From an uncultured Spirochaetota bacterium (GTDB taxonomy: Bacteria > Spirochaetota > Spirochaetia > SZUA-6 > Fen-1364), in NCBI GenBank assembly GCA_963734545.1, contig CAVTHO010000004.1:640001-704000 (forward strand): a DNA stretch of 64,000 nt, read 5' to 3'. Under the pieces are notes generated by a model. It worked only from the letters and a program-made list of their open reading frames with translations, did no database searches and had not been told where the DNA came from. The translations under genes and the position numbers were made by a program. Of the stretch, positions 38,951-48,780 are shown one piece after another. Every line of letters begins with the position of its first letter. Position 1 is the stretch's first letter.

Positions 38951-40063
38951 CTACTCGTACAGCCGAAGGCTCTTCCTGTACATACCGACGTTTTCGATGA
39001 AGTCCGTGCTGTCGGCGAACTGGTCGATGGCGCCGATCCGGATGGAGATGTCACGCACCTCCCGGGACTCGATGGCGCCGAGAAGGGCATTGGAGAACCG
39101 GTCCGCGCGGATGACCGCATAGGGGCGGTGGAAAAAGTGCCGCGGTGAGGTGTCCAGCGGATCGGTCACGCCCAGCGAGTTGTGCATGTGCCCGAGCAGC
39201 CGATAGAGCCCGACAAGGCTCTGCTCGATCGGCTGGTATTCCCTTCCGTCGAGGGCGCCCATGATGAGCGGGGTCGCCTCCGCGCTGCACGGCAGCCGGG
39301 CAAACGCGCTGCCCAGCCACTTCTCATAGGGCGCATACCGGCGCTCCAGGAGGAAGCACAGCCTCATGATGTCGCGCGTGAGCCGGGCAGCGACGATCTT
39401 CATGCCGACCGTATCACCCGCCTCCGCGCACCGGCCGACGAATGCTTCCTGCTGGAACAGTTTCTGCCACTGGCAGGCCATCTTGTACAGCCATATGTCC
39501 GCGGGATAGTAGGAAAGGTCCTTCCGGAGCCGGGTCAGCTCTCCCGGGGGGTCGTGAAAGACATCTCCCGAGGTCAGCTCGAGAAGCCGCTGCTCGGGGA
39601 ATGTCAGCCAGTCGAGGAGCCCGATTCCGCCGCGTACGTCGGTCCCGAGATAGCGGTGAAAATACTCCGGTATGGTCGTGATCTCCACGAGGTGATGCAC
39701 GAGCCCGTCTTCAGACGGACGGGGCACTTGCGTACCGCCGTCGAGCGGATCCGGATCGGAAAAGCCAACGGCAAAGCCGTGGAATACGCCGGGCAGACGC
39801 TTCTTCAGCTCGGTGTCCAGCGCCGCGGTCCTGGCCGCGTGCACGTCCTCTGGCAGGAAAAGCTGGAACCGGGGCCCCCAGTTGTGGTCGATCGACCTTT
39901 CCGAATCGTAGCCCAGGACATCGGACCCGTACCCGATGAAGGCCGCCGCATAGGAGTCGGCGGGGATCACCCTCTCGATAATCGGGCGCGCGGCCTCCGT
40001 GAAGAACATGCTGCCCAGACGCAGTCCGGGAATGAAGCCGGCCGCCGTATCCATCGATTTCAC
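38951..40063 (-). CDS. DUF4037 family protein (nucleotidyltransferase-like fold)
   Basis: GYGSDVLGYD..SIDHNWGPR, DWLTFPEQRLLELTSGDVFHD, YYP, YAPYEKW. Confidence 0.8.
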   Translation of the reverse strand: MKSMDTAAGFIPGLRLGSMFFTEAARPIIERVIPADSYAAAFIGYGSDVLGYDSERSIDHNWGPRFQLFLPEDVHAARTAALDTELKKRLPGVFHGFAVGFSDPDPLDGGTQVPRPSEDGLVHHLVEITTIPEYFHRYLGTDVRGGIGLLDWLTFPEQRLLELTSGDVFHDPPGELTRLRKDLSYYPADIWLYKMACQWQKLFQQEAFVGRCAEAGDTVGMKIVAARLTRDIMRLCFLLERRYAPYEKWLGSAFARLPCSAEATPLIMGALDGREYQPIEQSLVGLYRLLGHMHNSLGVTDPLDTSPRHFFHRPYAVIRADRFSNALLGAIESREVRDISIRIGAIDQFADSTDFIENVGMYRKSLRLYE

Positions 40064-41310
40064 GCGGGGGGGAACTCCAGCGTGGCGAAATAGTCATCCA
40101 GGGTCTCCGCGCGCCTGATCTGCTGGACCGACCCGTCCGGCTTGAGGAGCAGCTCCGCGGAGCGCAGCTTGCCGTTGTAGTTGAAGCCCATTGCGTGGCC
40201 GTGCGCGCCCGTGTCGTGGATGACCAGGAGATCTCCCTCTTCGATGCCGGGCAGTTTCCTGTCTATGGCGAACTTGTCGTTGTTCTCACAGAGGGAACCG
40301 GTCACGTCGTATGCCCGGTCCGCCGGCTGCGATTCTTTTCCCACGACGGTGATGTGGTGGTACGCGCCATAGAGGGCGGGCCGCATCAGGTTGCTCATGC
40401 AGGCGTCCAGGCCGACAAAGTCCTTGTAGGTGTGCTTCAGGTGCAGCACCCTGCTCACCAGCCACCCGTATGGGCCCATGATCGCCCTGCCGCTTTCCAT
40501 GTAGAGCTTCAGCGGATGAAGGCCCTTTGCCTTCACCTTTGTCTCATACATGTCACGCACGCCCTGGCCGAGTCTCTGCCAGTCGATAGCCGTCTGGTCG
40601 GGCTTGTACGGAATGCCGAACCCGCCGCCCAGGTTCACGAATTCGAATCGGATGCCCAGCTCCCGGGAGAGATCCGCGACGAGATCGAAGAGCATGCGTG
40701 CCGTTTCAATGTGATAGCCCAGGTTCAGCTCGTTGGAGGCGACCATGGCGTGCAGGCCGAAGCGCGTGACGCCGCGGTCCCGCACCGTCCGGTAGCCATC
40801 GAAGAGTTGTTCGCGGGTGAAGCCGTACTTGGATTCCCGCGGTGTGCCGATGATGAGGTTCCCCTCCCGGAGGTCACCGGGGTTGTAGCGGAAGGAGATC
40901 AGATCCGGAAGACCGGCGTGCTTCGCCAGAAAGTCGATGTGCGTGATGTCGTCCAGGTTGATGATGGCCCCGAGCTGTTTCGCTTTCACGTATTCAGCGG
41001 AAGGCGTGTCATTCGATGTGAACATGATCTGCTCGCCGGCGAGACCCACGCGCTCCGACATGACGAGCTCGGCCATGGAGCTGCAGTCCGCGCCGAATCC
41101 CTCGGACTTCGTAATCTTCAGGATGTGGGGATTGGGACACGACTTGACCGCGAAGAACTCCCGAAACCCGTCCGCCCACGAGAACGCGCTCTTCAACGCG
41201 CGCGCGTTTTCCCGTATCCCTTTCTCGTCGTAGATATGGAAGGGAGTGGGATGGGACTGGACGATCTTCTCGAGCTTTTCCCGCGAGAGCGGGAGCCCCT
41301 TCTCAGTCAT
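40060..41310 (-). CDS. lysA: Diaminopimelate decarboxylase
   Basis: TPFHIYD, FFAVKS, SKYG, NLGGGFG, ESGR, RPALYG, GSLCENND, GAHGHAMGFNYNG. Confidence 0.93.
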   Translation of the reverse strand: MTEKGLPLSREKLEKIVQSHPTPFHIYDEKGIRENARALKSAFSWADGFREFFAVKSCPNPHILKITKSEGFGADCSSMAELVMSERVGLAGEQIMFTSNDTPSAEYVKAKQLGAIINLDDITHIDFLAKHAGLPDLISFRYNPGDLREGNLIIGTPRESKYGFTREQLFDGYRTVRDRGVTRFGLHAMVASNELNLGYHIETARMLFDLVADLSRELGIRFEFVNLGGGFGIPYKPDQTAIDWQRLGQGVRDMYETKVKAKGLHPLKLYMESGRAIMGPYGWLVSRVLHLKHTYKDFVGLDACMSNLMRPALYGAYHHITVVGKESQPADRAYDVTGSLCENNDKFAIDRKLPGIEEGDLLVIHDTGAHGHAMGFNYNGKLRSAELLLKPDGSVQQIRRAETLDDYFATLEFPPA

Positions 41311-41411
41311 GCGCTCCTCCGTGAGACGGAGTGTAGCCGGAGCGCCGCACCGTGTCCACACGTCGAAGAAAATCCGCTGAGTACATCGATGGGGCGCGGG
41401 CGCGGCCCCAT

Positions 41412-42482
41412 TCAGCCGATGACTCCCCCGCCCACGAGCGTATCCCCGTCATAGAAAACGGCCCATTGGCCGAGGGCGATAGCACGCTGCGGCTCGTCGA
41501 ACAGGACGCCGGCGCTGCCCCCCTGCCGGGGCGTCACCACCGCCGGAGCGGCGGGATTGCGATAGCGTATCTTCACCTCCAGGCGGAGCGGCGCGCTCGG
41601 TTCCTCGATGCTCGCCCAGTTGACGTCGTACGCGACAAGCTCACGGGCATACAGCCGGGAGTCCGGGCCGGCGATCACGGTGTTGGTGGCGGACTCGATG
41701 CGCGTCACGTACAGCGGATCTCCGCCTCCCACTCCCAGTCCCTTACGCTGGCCGACGGTGTACTTCCAGATGCCCGTGTGTGTTCCCAGGAGCCTGCCCT
41801 CCTCGTCCTTGATGGGGCCTTCCTTTTCCGGGGCATCCACAACCGCCTTGTACCCGCCGGCAGCAAAGTCCTGGCTTTCCGCCCTGTCGTGGTTGGCCAG
41901 CCCCGCCTCCCGGGCGCGCTGGCGTACCTCGGGCTTCGTCAGCTCCCCCAGGGGGAAAATCACGCGCCGGAGCTGGTCCTGCGTGAGCATGCAGAGGAAA
42001 TAGGACTGGTCCTTGAGGGAGTGGGCGGCCTTGCGAATGGCATAGCGCCCTGTCTGGGGATGGCGTTCCACGCGGCAGTAGTGCCCTGTGGCAAAGAGAT
42101 CGAAGTCGATGCCGGATGACGAGGTGAGCTTGTCCAGCAGCATGCCGAACTTGATGCGCTGGTTGCACAGGACACAGGGGTTGGGCGTGCGGCCGGCGAG
42201 GTACTCCGTGCGGGCATAGTCGATGACCATGGAGCGATATTCCTCCCGGAGGTCGACGACCTGGTGCGGGATGCCCAGCCGGGAGCAGATGCGCGCCGCC
42301 TCCTCGATGTCCTGCGGCTCCCCGGGACCGTAGCAGGAATCGATGACAGGCCCTTCGGCCGGGCCGCCGGAGTAGATCTTCATCGTGACGCCGATAACCT
42401 CGTGGCCCGCGTCACGCAGGAGAAGCGCGGCAACGGAGGAGTCCACTCCGCCGCTCATGCCCACCACCACGCGCTTCTTCAT
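41412..42482 (-). CDS. mnmA: tRNA 2-thiouridine(34) synthase
   Basis: GMSGGVDS, TPNPCVLCN, ATGHY, KDQSYFL, ESQDF, TVGQRKG. Confidence 0.95.
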   Translation of the reverse strand: MKKRVVVGMSGGVDSSVAALLLRDAGHEVIGVTMKIYSGGPAEGPVIDSCYGPGEPQDIEEAARICSRLGIPHQVVDLREEYRSMVIDYARTEYLAGRTPNPCVLCNQRIKFGMLLDKLTSSSGIDFDLFATGHYCRVERHPQTGRYAIRKAAHSLKDQSYFLCMLTQDQLRRVIFPLGELTKPEVRQRAREAGLANHDRAESQDFAAGGYKAVVDAPEKEGPIKDEEGRLLGTHTGIWKYTVGQRKGLGVGGGDPLYVTRIESATNTVIAGPDSRLYARELVAYDVNWASIEEPSAPLRLEVKIRYRNPAAPAVVTPRQGGSAGVLFDEPQRAIALGQWAVFYDGDTLVGGGVIG

Positions 42483-42499
42483 ATTACGCGCCGTCCTCC

Positions 42500-42982
42500 T
42501 CAGATCATGTAGTTCGCGGCCGGCGCACCCACCTCACGCGCCTGCCGGGCCAGCTCGGCAAGCGTGAAGCCGGAGAGGGAGCCCACGATGTCGTCTCGGA
42601 GCTTCTTCCACACCCGGGTTGCCACGCACGTGGTTGCGCGGCCGCACCCCGTGGGGTCATCACCGCACTCGCCGGTGCCCGCGCCCGCTGCCGGGTCCAC
42701 GCAGGGCACCGGCGCGATGGCCCCCTCGATGGCCTCTACAATGTCCTTCACGGTTATATCCTCAGGCGGCCGCGCGAGGGAATAGCCCCCGTGCGACCCC
42801 CGCTGGGACGCCACCAGGCCTCCGGCCTTCAGAGGAATGATGATCTGGCCGAGGTATTTTTCCGAGATTCCCTCCTGCCGGGCAATGGACTTCAGGAGGC
42901 TGATGCCATTGCCGTAATTCAACGCCAGGGCCACCATGAGTCTCACCCCATAGCGGCCCCGGGTGGACATCTGCAGGGGCAT
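42500..42982 (-). CDS. Rrf2-family regulator with Fe-S-type cysteines (IscR/CymR-like)
   Basis: STRGRYG, ISEKYLGQI, SQRGSHGGY; C...C...C...C near the C-terminus. Confidence 0.9.
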   Translation of the reverse strand: MPLQMSTRGRYGVRLMVALALNYGNGISLLKSIARQEGISEKYLGQIIIPLKAGGLVASQRGSHGGYSLARPPEDITVKDIVEAIEGAIAPVPCVDPAAGAGTGECGDDPTGCGRATTCVATRVWKKLRDDIVGSLSGFTLAELARQAREVGAPAANYMI

Positions 42983-42985
42983 TGG

Positions 42986-43915
42986 TCACACGTCTTCGAA
43001 GAGCCAGGTGCTGAGGTAGCGCTCGCCGGTATCCGGCAGGATCACGACGATGAGTTTCCCCGCGTTCTCCGGGCGCTTTGCCACCTGGAGCGCCGCCCAC
43101 GCGGCGGCTCCCGCGGATATGCCCACGAGAATCCCTTCCTCCCTGGCAAGCCGGCGCGCGGTCTTTCCCGCGTCCTCTTCCTCGATCTTGACCACTTCGT
43201 CGATCAATTCTCTCCTGAGCACCCCGGGAATGAATCCCGCGCTGATGCCCTGGATCTTGTGCGGCGTATGCGGACCGTCGCCGGTGAGAAGGGGAGATTT
43301 GAACGGCTCCACGGCGATCACCTTGAACCCGGGCTTCCGTTTCTTGATGAACTCCGCCACGCCGGTGAGCGTTCCCCCGGTGCCGACGCCCCCGACAAGG
43401 ATGTCGACCTTGCCGTCCGTGTCCTTCCAGATCTCCTCCGCCGTTGTCTTGCGGTGGATCTCGGGATTGGCCGGGTTCTCGAACTGCTGGGGCATGAAAG
43501 CGTTCGGGGTCGTTTCCACGATCTCCCGGGCTTTTTCAATGGCGCCTTTCATCCCCTGCGCGGCCGGGGTCAGGACCAGCTCTGCGCCGAAAACCTTCAG
43601 CAGCTTGCGCCGCTCGACACTGAAGCTCTCCGGCATCGTGATGATGCAGCGATATCCCTTGACGGCCGATACGTACGCGAGAGCGATGCCCGTGTTGCCG
43701 CTGGTCGGCTCCACGATCACGCCGCCCTTTTTCAGCAATCCCCTCTTCTCGGCGTCCACGATCATCGCGAGACCGATCCTGTCCTTCACGCTGGAGAGCG
43801 GATTGCGCGATTCGAGCTTTGCCACGACGTCCGCCTTTGCGCCGTCAGTGACCCTCTGCAGCCGCACGAGCGGCGTGTTGCCTACGAGCTCAAGAACGCT
43901 TTCTTTTATATTCAT
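42986..43915 (-). CDS. cysK: Cysteine synthase A
   Basis: [47 protein letters not shown]. Confidence 0.95.
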   Translation of the reverse strand: MNIKESVLELVGNTPLVRLQRVTDGAKADVVAKLESRNPLSSVKDRIGLAMIVDAEKRGLLKKGGVIVEPTSGNTGIALAYVSAVKGYRCIITMPESFSVERRKLLKVFGAELVLTPAAQGMKGAIEKAREIVETTPNAFMPQQFENPANPEIHRKTTAEEIWKDTDGKVDILVGGVGTGGTLTGVAEFIKKRKPGFKVIAVEPFKSPLLTGDGPHTPHKIQGISAGFIPGVLRRELIDEVVKIEEEDAGKTARRLAREEGILVGISAGAAAWAALQVAKRPENAGKLIVVILPDTGERYLSTWLFEDV

Positions 43916-45204
43916 TTGTTCAACGCCTGATCGATGTCGTCTTTGATATCGTCCACGTGCTCGAGACCGATGGAGAGCCGGACAAGCTCGGGTGTCAGCC
44001 CGCCTTCCCTCTGCTGTTCCTCCGATAGCTGCGAGTGGGTCGTGGTTGCCGGATGGATGGCCAGACTCTTGGCGTCCCCCACGTTGGCAAGATGGGAAAT
44101 GAGCTTCAAGCTGTCGATGAACTTTGCCCCCGCCGCCTTGCCCCCGCTGGTGCCGAACACCACCATTCCGCCGAACCCCTTCTTGAGGTACTTGCTCGCA
44201 AGGGGATACGTCGGATCATCCGGCAGGCCCGGGTAGCGCACCCAGCTCACCTTGGGATGCTTCTTCAGCCACTGCGCCACGACCAGCGCGTTGCTGCTGT
44301 GCCGTTCCATCCGCAGCGGCAGGGACTCGATGCCCTGGAGGAAGATCCATGCGTTGTCGGGCGAGATGCACGCGCCCAGGTTGCGCAGCGGAACGGTCCT
44401 CAAGCGCAGGGCGAACGCGATGGGGGCGAGCGCCGCCGGAAGATCGCTTGCCCAGTGCAGGCCGTGGTAGTTGGGATCGGGATCGTTGAAGAGCTTGAAC
44501 TTCTTGTCCTTCCAGTCGAACTTGCCCGCGTCGGTGACGACTCCCCCGATGCCCGTTCCATGCCCTCCCATCCACTTGGTGAGGGAATTGACCACGATGT
44601 CAGCCCCGTACTCGATCGATTTCAGGAGGTACGGGGTCGTGAAGGTTGCATCCACAATGAGGGGAAGCCCGTGCGCGTGGGCAACTTTGGCAACTGCCTG
44701 GATATCGGTGACATCCAGCAGGGGATTTCCGATTGTTTCGATGAAAAGGGCACGGGTTTTCGGGGTGATTGCCTTCTCGAAGTTCTTCGGGTCGTCGTGC
44801 TTGACGAACTTCGTGGTGATGCCGAGGGTCGGCAGAATGGCATCGAACATCGTATACGTGCCGCCGTAGAGATTGTTGGCGGAGACGATCTCGTCCCCCA
44901 CCTGGGCGAGCGTGATGATCGAATTGAAGATCGCCGCGGTGCCCGAGGCCAGCGCCACGGAGGCTGCCCCTCCTTCGAGGAGACTTACCCTCTGCTCCAG
45001 GACGTCCTGCGTGGGATTCATGATCCTGGAATAGATGTTGCCCAGCTCCTTCAGGGCGAACAGGTTGGCTGCCCTCTCGGTGCTGGGGAACACGTAGGAA
45101 CTGGTCCGGTGAACCGGCACGCCGCGGGCCGTGGTGGTCGGGTCCACCTGCTGACCTCCGTGCAACGCCAGTGTCTCGAACTTGAGTTGCTTTGCCTCGC
45201 CCAT
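43912..45204 (-). CDS. metY: O-acetylhomoserine aminocarboxypropyltransferase
   Basis: [42 protein letters not shown]. Confidence 0.93.
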   Translation of the reverse strand: MGEAKQLKFETLALHGGQQVDPTTTARGVPVHRTSSYVFPSTERAANLFALKELGNIYSRIMNPTQDVLEQRVSLLEGGAASVALASGTAAIFNSIITLAQVGDEIVSANNLYGGTYTMFDAILPTLGITTKFVKHDDPKNFEKAITPKTRALFIETIGNPLLDVTDIQAVAKVAHAHGLPLIVDATFTTPYLLKSIEYGADIVVNSLTKWMGGHGTGIGGVVTDAGKFDWKDKKFKLFNDPDPNYHGLHWASDLPAALAPIAFALRLRTVPLRNLGACISPDNAWIFLQGIESLPLRMERHSSNALVVAQWLKKHPKVSWVRYPGLPDDPTYPLASKYLKKGFGGMVVFGTSGGKAAGAKFIDSLKLISHLANVGDAKSLAIHPATTTHSQLSEEQQREGGLTPELVRLSIGLEHVDDIKDDIDQALNK

Positions 45205-45241
45205 CCTAATCTCCTTTCCGTCCTGGTAGAATCACTACCAT

Positions 45242-45315
45242 GTCTATAGTATTGGTGGTAATTTGGCGTAATCGAGTCTATTTGTCAATAGTAAGTCTAT
45301 AGAAATAGTAGTATA
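45242..45315 (-). promoter_or_regulatory. AT-rich promoter of the sulfur operon with three GTCTAT-led boxes (candidate Rrf2 operators)
   Basis: TTGACA (minus, 45283-45288); boxes start at 45242, 45276 and 45295; the central CTATT-N4-AATAG palindrome covers the -35. Confidence 0.55.
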
Positions 45316-45361
45316 TCAGCAGACGGGCGCAAAGGCAAAGCTTTTGGCAAATTGCCCACGC

Positions 45362-46150
45362 CTACTGCGTGTTGTCGGCCCTCTTGATGTGGAGCATGAC
45401 GCCTGCCACGCCGAGCACGAAGACAGCGGCAAGCACGGCGTAGCTTCCCGTACCGATGGATTGCCGCGCCTCGGGGCCTGCCGCGCCCGTAAAGAGAGGG
45501 ACAATGGACCAGGGCACCCACGGTGCCCAGCCCGTGGGCCCGAAGACCATTCCCAGGATCAGCGTGAAGATTGTGACGCCGAGCGGGGCAAAATAGCCCT
45601 TGCCTGCAAGCGCGGTCCATGCGGCCACAGGGCAGAGGAGAATGAGGAGCGCGGCTGATTCCAGTTCAACTTCCATGGAATGGAGAACCAGCCCGGACGA
45701 ATACCCTGGCAGCCCCACGAGCAGCCCCATGAGAATGGATTCCGCGCAGAAGGCCGCGGAAAGCGCCGCAAACCAGATCACGATCACCGCCACCTTGGCC
45801 AGGACGAACCATTCACGATGGATCGGCAGCGCAAGCATGTTCTTGGCAGTGCCTTCCGCGTATTCCCTTCCGAAAACGTAGGCAGATATGACCCCGATGA
45901 GGATCATCCCTGCAACACCCGTCATCTGGAGCATCATCGAAAGGTAGGTGGGCCAGTCCGCGCTGCCTGCGGACCACCTTGCCTTTGCAGCGATCAGCCC
46001 CATGCGCTGCCCGAGCCCGGGGTCCTTCAGAACAATCATGAACAACGCGCCGATCAGCGGGCCTGCGCCGTATGCCAGAAACGTGATCCACGTGATCTTG
46101 CTGCGCCGCAGCTTGAGAATCTCGGCATGAAGGATTGTGGCAAAGCTCAT
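45362..46150 (-). CDS. ABC-2 type permease (BcrB/lantibiotic immunity-like)
   Basis: AEILKLRRS, FGREY.EGT.KNML.LPI.R; 6 TM helices. Confidence 0.85.
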   Translation of the reverse strand: MSFATILHAEILKLRRSKITWITFLAYGAGPLIGALFMIVLKDPGLGQRMGLIAAKARWSAGSADWPTYLSMMLQMTGVAGMILIGVISAYVFGREYAEGTAKNMLALPIHREWFVLAKVAVIVIWFAALSAAFCAESILMGLLVGLPGYSSGLVLHSMEVELESAALLILLCPVAAWTALAGKGYFAPLGVTIFTLILGMVFGPTGWAPWVPWSIVPLFTGAAGPEARQSIGTGSYAVLAAVFVLGVAGVMLHIKRADNTQ

Positions 46151-47076
46151 GATGCCTCCCCGGTCAGGCGCATGAAGCGCATCTCGAGATCCTCCGATAC
46201 CGGGCAGAGCCGCAGGAGAGACACCCCTGCATGCACCACCGCACGCGCCACATCTTCCGGGCGCACATTTCTGTCCCGTATCGTGAGGCTACCCGGCGCG
46301 GTCTCAGCGATTGCGGTCACGCCGAGGGATTCCGCAAGGGCCCGCGCGGCGCCGGGCACGTCCGACACGGTGATCTCGACTCCTGATGGTCGGGAGGCGG
46401 CAAGCTCCTCCCCACTGATTTCATCCACCAGTCTTCCCTGGTGGATGATCCCGATGCGGTCAGCCAGATGCGCTATCTCGCCGAGGATGTGGCTGGAAAG
46501 GAACACGGTCACGCCCTTGTCATGCGCCAGGTTTCTCAGCAGCTCCCGTATCTCCACGATCCCTGCCGGGTCCAGCCCATTTGTGGGCTCATCGAGAACA
46601 AGAATCCCTGGCGATCCCAGCAGGGCGCGGGCCAGGCTGAGGCGCTGCTTGTTTCCGAGGGAAAGCCTTCCGGCGCGCCGCTCCGCATAAGCCTCCAGGT
46701 GTTGTGAACCCATGACCTCATCAACCGCACGCGCCGGCGCGCCCCGCAGGCGTCGGTGCATGTCGAGGTTCTCCCGAACCGTAAGGTTCGGATACGCCGA
46801 GGCCGACTCCACAAGATACCCTGCGGATGACAAGGCGGCTTCCCGCTCGCTGCGGAGATCCCGGCCGAGGAGGATTACCGAGCCCGCGGTCGGCTTGATC
46901 AGACCGAGCATCATGCGAATGGTCGTGGTCTTTCCCGCCCCGTTGCGGCCGAGAAAACAGTAGACTTCCCCGGGACGGATCCTGAGACTGAGCTGCTGGA
47001 CCGCACGTACTTCCTTGTAGTGCTTGGTCAGGCCCTCCACCGCTATCGCGGCGCCGTTCATTCCCCTGTCACTCAC
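46147..47076 (-). CDS. ABC transporter ATP-binding protein (BcrA-like)
   Basis: GRNGAGKTT, LSLGNKQR, LDEPTNGLDP, SSHIL. Confidence 0.9.
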   Translation of the reverse strand: MSDRGMNGAAIAVEGLTKHYKEVRAVQQLSLRIRPGEVYCFLGRNGAGKTTTIRMMLGLIKPTAGSVILLGRDLRSEREAALSSAGYLVESASAYPNLTVRENLDMHRRLRGAPARAVDEVMGSQHLEAYAERRAGRLSLGNKQRLSLARALLGSPGILVLDEPTNGLDPAGIVEIRELLRNLAHDKGVTVFLSSHILGEIAHLADRIGIIHQGRLVDEISGEELAASRPSGVEITVSDVPGAARALAESLGVTAIAETAPGSLTIRDRNVRPEDVARAVVHAGVSLLRLCPVSEDLEMRFMRLTGEAS

Positions 47077-47671
47077 TCACTGGTCCTTTCCTTATCAACG
47101 CACTACTCAGCAGGTCCAGCAGGAGCTCGAGCGAATCCCCGAGCTGACCATCCTCGCGGTGCAGGTACACGAAGAATATCGCGCGGGAAAGATCGACGAG
47201 CTGCCGGACGGTGTATCGGCACTCGAAACCACGCGCCTTCCAGCCCTGAATGAGACCGGCGATGAACTCCTCGTCCCGATCGTCGTCAAGGGCCTCCGGC
47301 GGCAGCCTGCGGCTGAGGAGCGTGTACGTCTCCGGGCTCGAAGCCGCGCGAAGCATGGGGTAGCGTTCCAGGGCTTCGAGCTGAGCAGTATAGAGCCTTT
47401 TGAATTGCGCGCGGGGAGCGAGAGACGTGTCGGCCAGAATGCCGGAGATCTCCTGCCGCATGCTGGCCTCATCCTCCTTGATGATCGATAGGAAAAGCTC
47501 CTCCTTGGAAGAGAAGAAAGCGTAGAATGAGCCCTTGGCAATTCTCACCCCGGTGCAGAGCTCGTCCACCGACACCTTTGCCAGCCCCTGGCGGACAAAG
47601 AGCTCCCGCCCTTTCTTCAACAGCGCGGCGCGGATTGCGCTGCGCTCCCGATCGTCAAAATGCCGCGGCAT
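47069..47671 (-). CDS. TetR/AcrR-family regulator
   Basis: N-terminal HTH 'VSVDELC..VRIAKGSFYAFFSSKEELF'. Confidence 0.9.
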   Translation of the reverse strand: MPRHFDDRERSAIRAALLKKGRELFVRQGLAKVSVDELCTGVRIAKGSFYAFFSSKEELFLSIIKEDEASMRQEISGILADTSLAPRAQFKRLYTAQLEALERYPMLRAASSPETYTLLSRRLPPEALDDDRDEEFIAGLIQGWKARGFECRYTVRQLVDLSRAIFFVYLHREDGQLGDSLELLLDLLSSALIRKGPVSE

Positions 47672-47701
47672 GCAGGAATTCTCCTTCTGCTGCTATTGAA
47701 C

Positions 47702-47732
47702 TAAATGACTACTTCGTTCATATAGTCATTTA
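47702..47732. promoter_or_regulatory. Candidate TetR operator
   Basis: Perfect inverted repeat TAAATGACTA-N11-TAGTCATTTA, 30 bp upstream of the tetR ATG. Confidence 0.7.
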
Positions 47733-47787
47733 ACTGAATGTATCAGGCAATTCAAGTACGGTCAAGCGGCATCCATTCAGCCTTCTG

Positions 47788-48780
47788 TCAGGTGACGAAG
47801 TGGCAGGCAACGCGATGGCCGGGCCTGACCTCGCGGAGCTCGGGCGTGACCTTTCCGCATTTCTCCTGTTCGAGAGGACATCGCCCCACAAAAGGGCAGC
47901 CGGACGGGGGCCGGGTGGGATTGTAGGGAGTGCCGCCTGTAGAGCCTCGCTCGGGCGGCTTCGCTCCGAGCCGGGGCACGGCGCTGTAAAGGAGCTGTGT
48001 GTAGGGGTGCAGCGGGCTCGCCACGATGTCAGCCGTCGGGGCTTCCTCCATCAGCCTTCCCCCGTACAGCACGCCGATTCGGTCCGCCATGTAGGAGACG
48101 ACCGTCAGGTCGTGCGCAATGAAGATCATGGTCAGGCGATACTCTCGTTTCAGATCGATCAGAAGATTGAGGATCTGGCCCTGCACGGAGACGTCGAGGG
48201 CGCTGACCACTTCGTCACATATCAGGGCGCTCGGGCCGCTGATCAGGGCGCGGGCAAGGGAGATGCGCTGGCGCTGGCCGCCGGAGAACTCCGAAGGCCG
48301 CCTCCCGAGATCCTCCCCCCTGAGACCCACGGCTTCCATGGTTTCCCGGGCCCGGGAAACGAGCCGGGCCGGATCCAGGGACCGATCCGCGTATCGGGAG
48401 CCCGTGGTGAGAATGCGAAGCACGTTCATCCGCGGATCGAGGGCCGATGCAGGATCCTGGAACACGTACTTCACGTCCGTGCGGAAGCGGCGCAAGGTGC
48501 GTGGATCACTTCGCGTGATCTCCCATCGATCGCTGCCGGTGAAATACTCGATCCTGCCCGAGGTATGGGGAAAGAGCTGCACAAGCGCCCGGGCGAGCGT
48601 GGTTTTTCCGGAGCCGGATTCCCCCACGAGCCCGTAGGTCTCACCCCGGAGAACGTCGATGCTGACGCCGTTCAACGCCCAGACCCATCGACCCGCCGCG
48701 GCAAACAGGCCGGCATCGAGCTTGTATACCTTGGTCAGGCCGCTCACCCGGAGAAATGTGTCCGCGCTCCCCGTGCTCAT
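47788..48780 (-). CDS. Oligopeptide/dipeptide ABC ATPase (OppF/DppF)
   Basis: Starts MSTGSAD; GESGSGKTT, FSGGQRQR, CDEVVSALD, HPYT, CPFVGRC..VACH. Confidence 0.88.
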   Translation of the reverse strand: MSTGSADTFLRVSGLTKVYKLDAGLFAAAGRWVWALNGVSIDVLRGETYGLVGESGSGKTTLARALVQLFPHTSGRIEYFTGSDRWEITRSDPRTLRRFRTDVKYVFQDPASALDPRMNVLRILTTGSRYADRSLDPARLVSRARETMEAVGLRGEDLGRRPSEFSGGQRQRISLARALISGPSALICDEVVSALDVSVQGQILNLLIDLKREYRLTMIFIAHDLTVVSYMADRIGVLYGGRLMEEAPTADIVASPLHPYTQLLYSAVPRLGAKPPERGSTGGTPYNPTRPPSGCPFVGRCPLEQEKCGKVTPELREVRPGHRVACHFVT

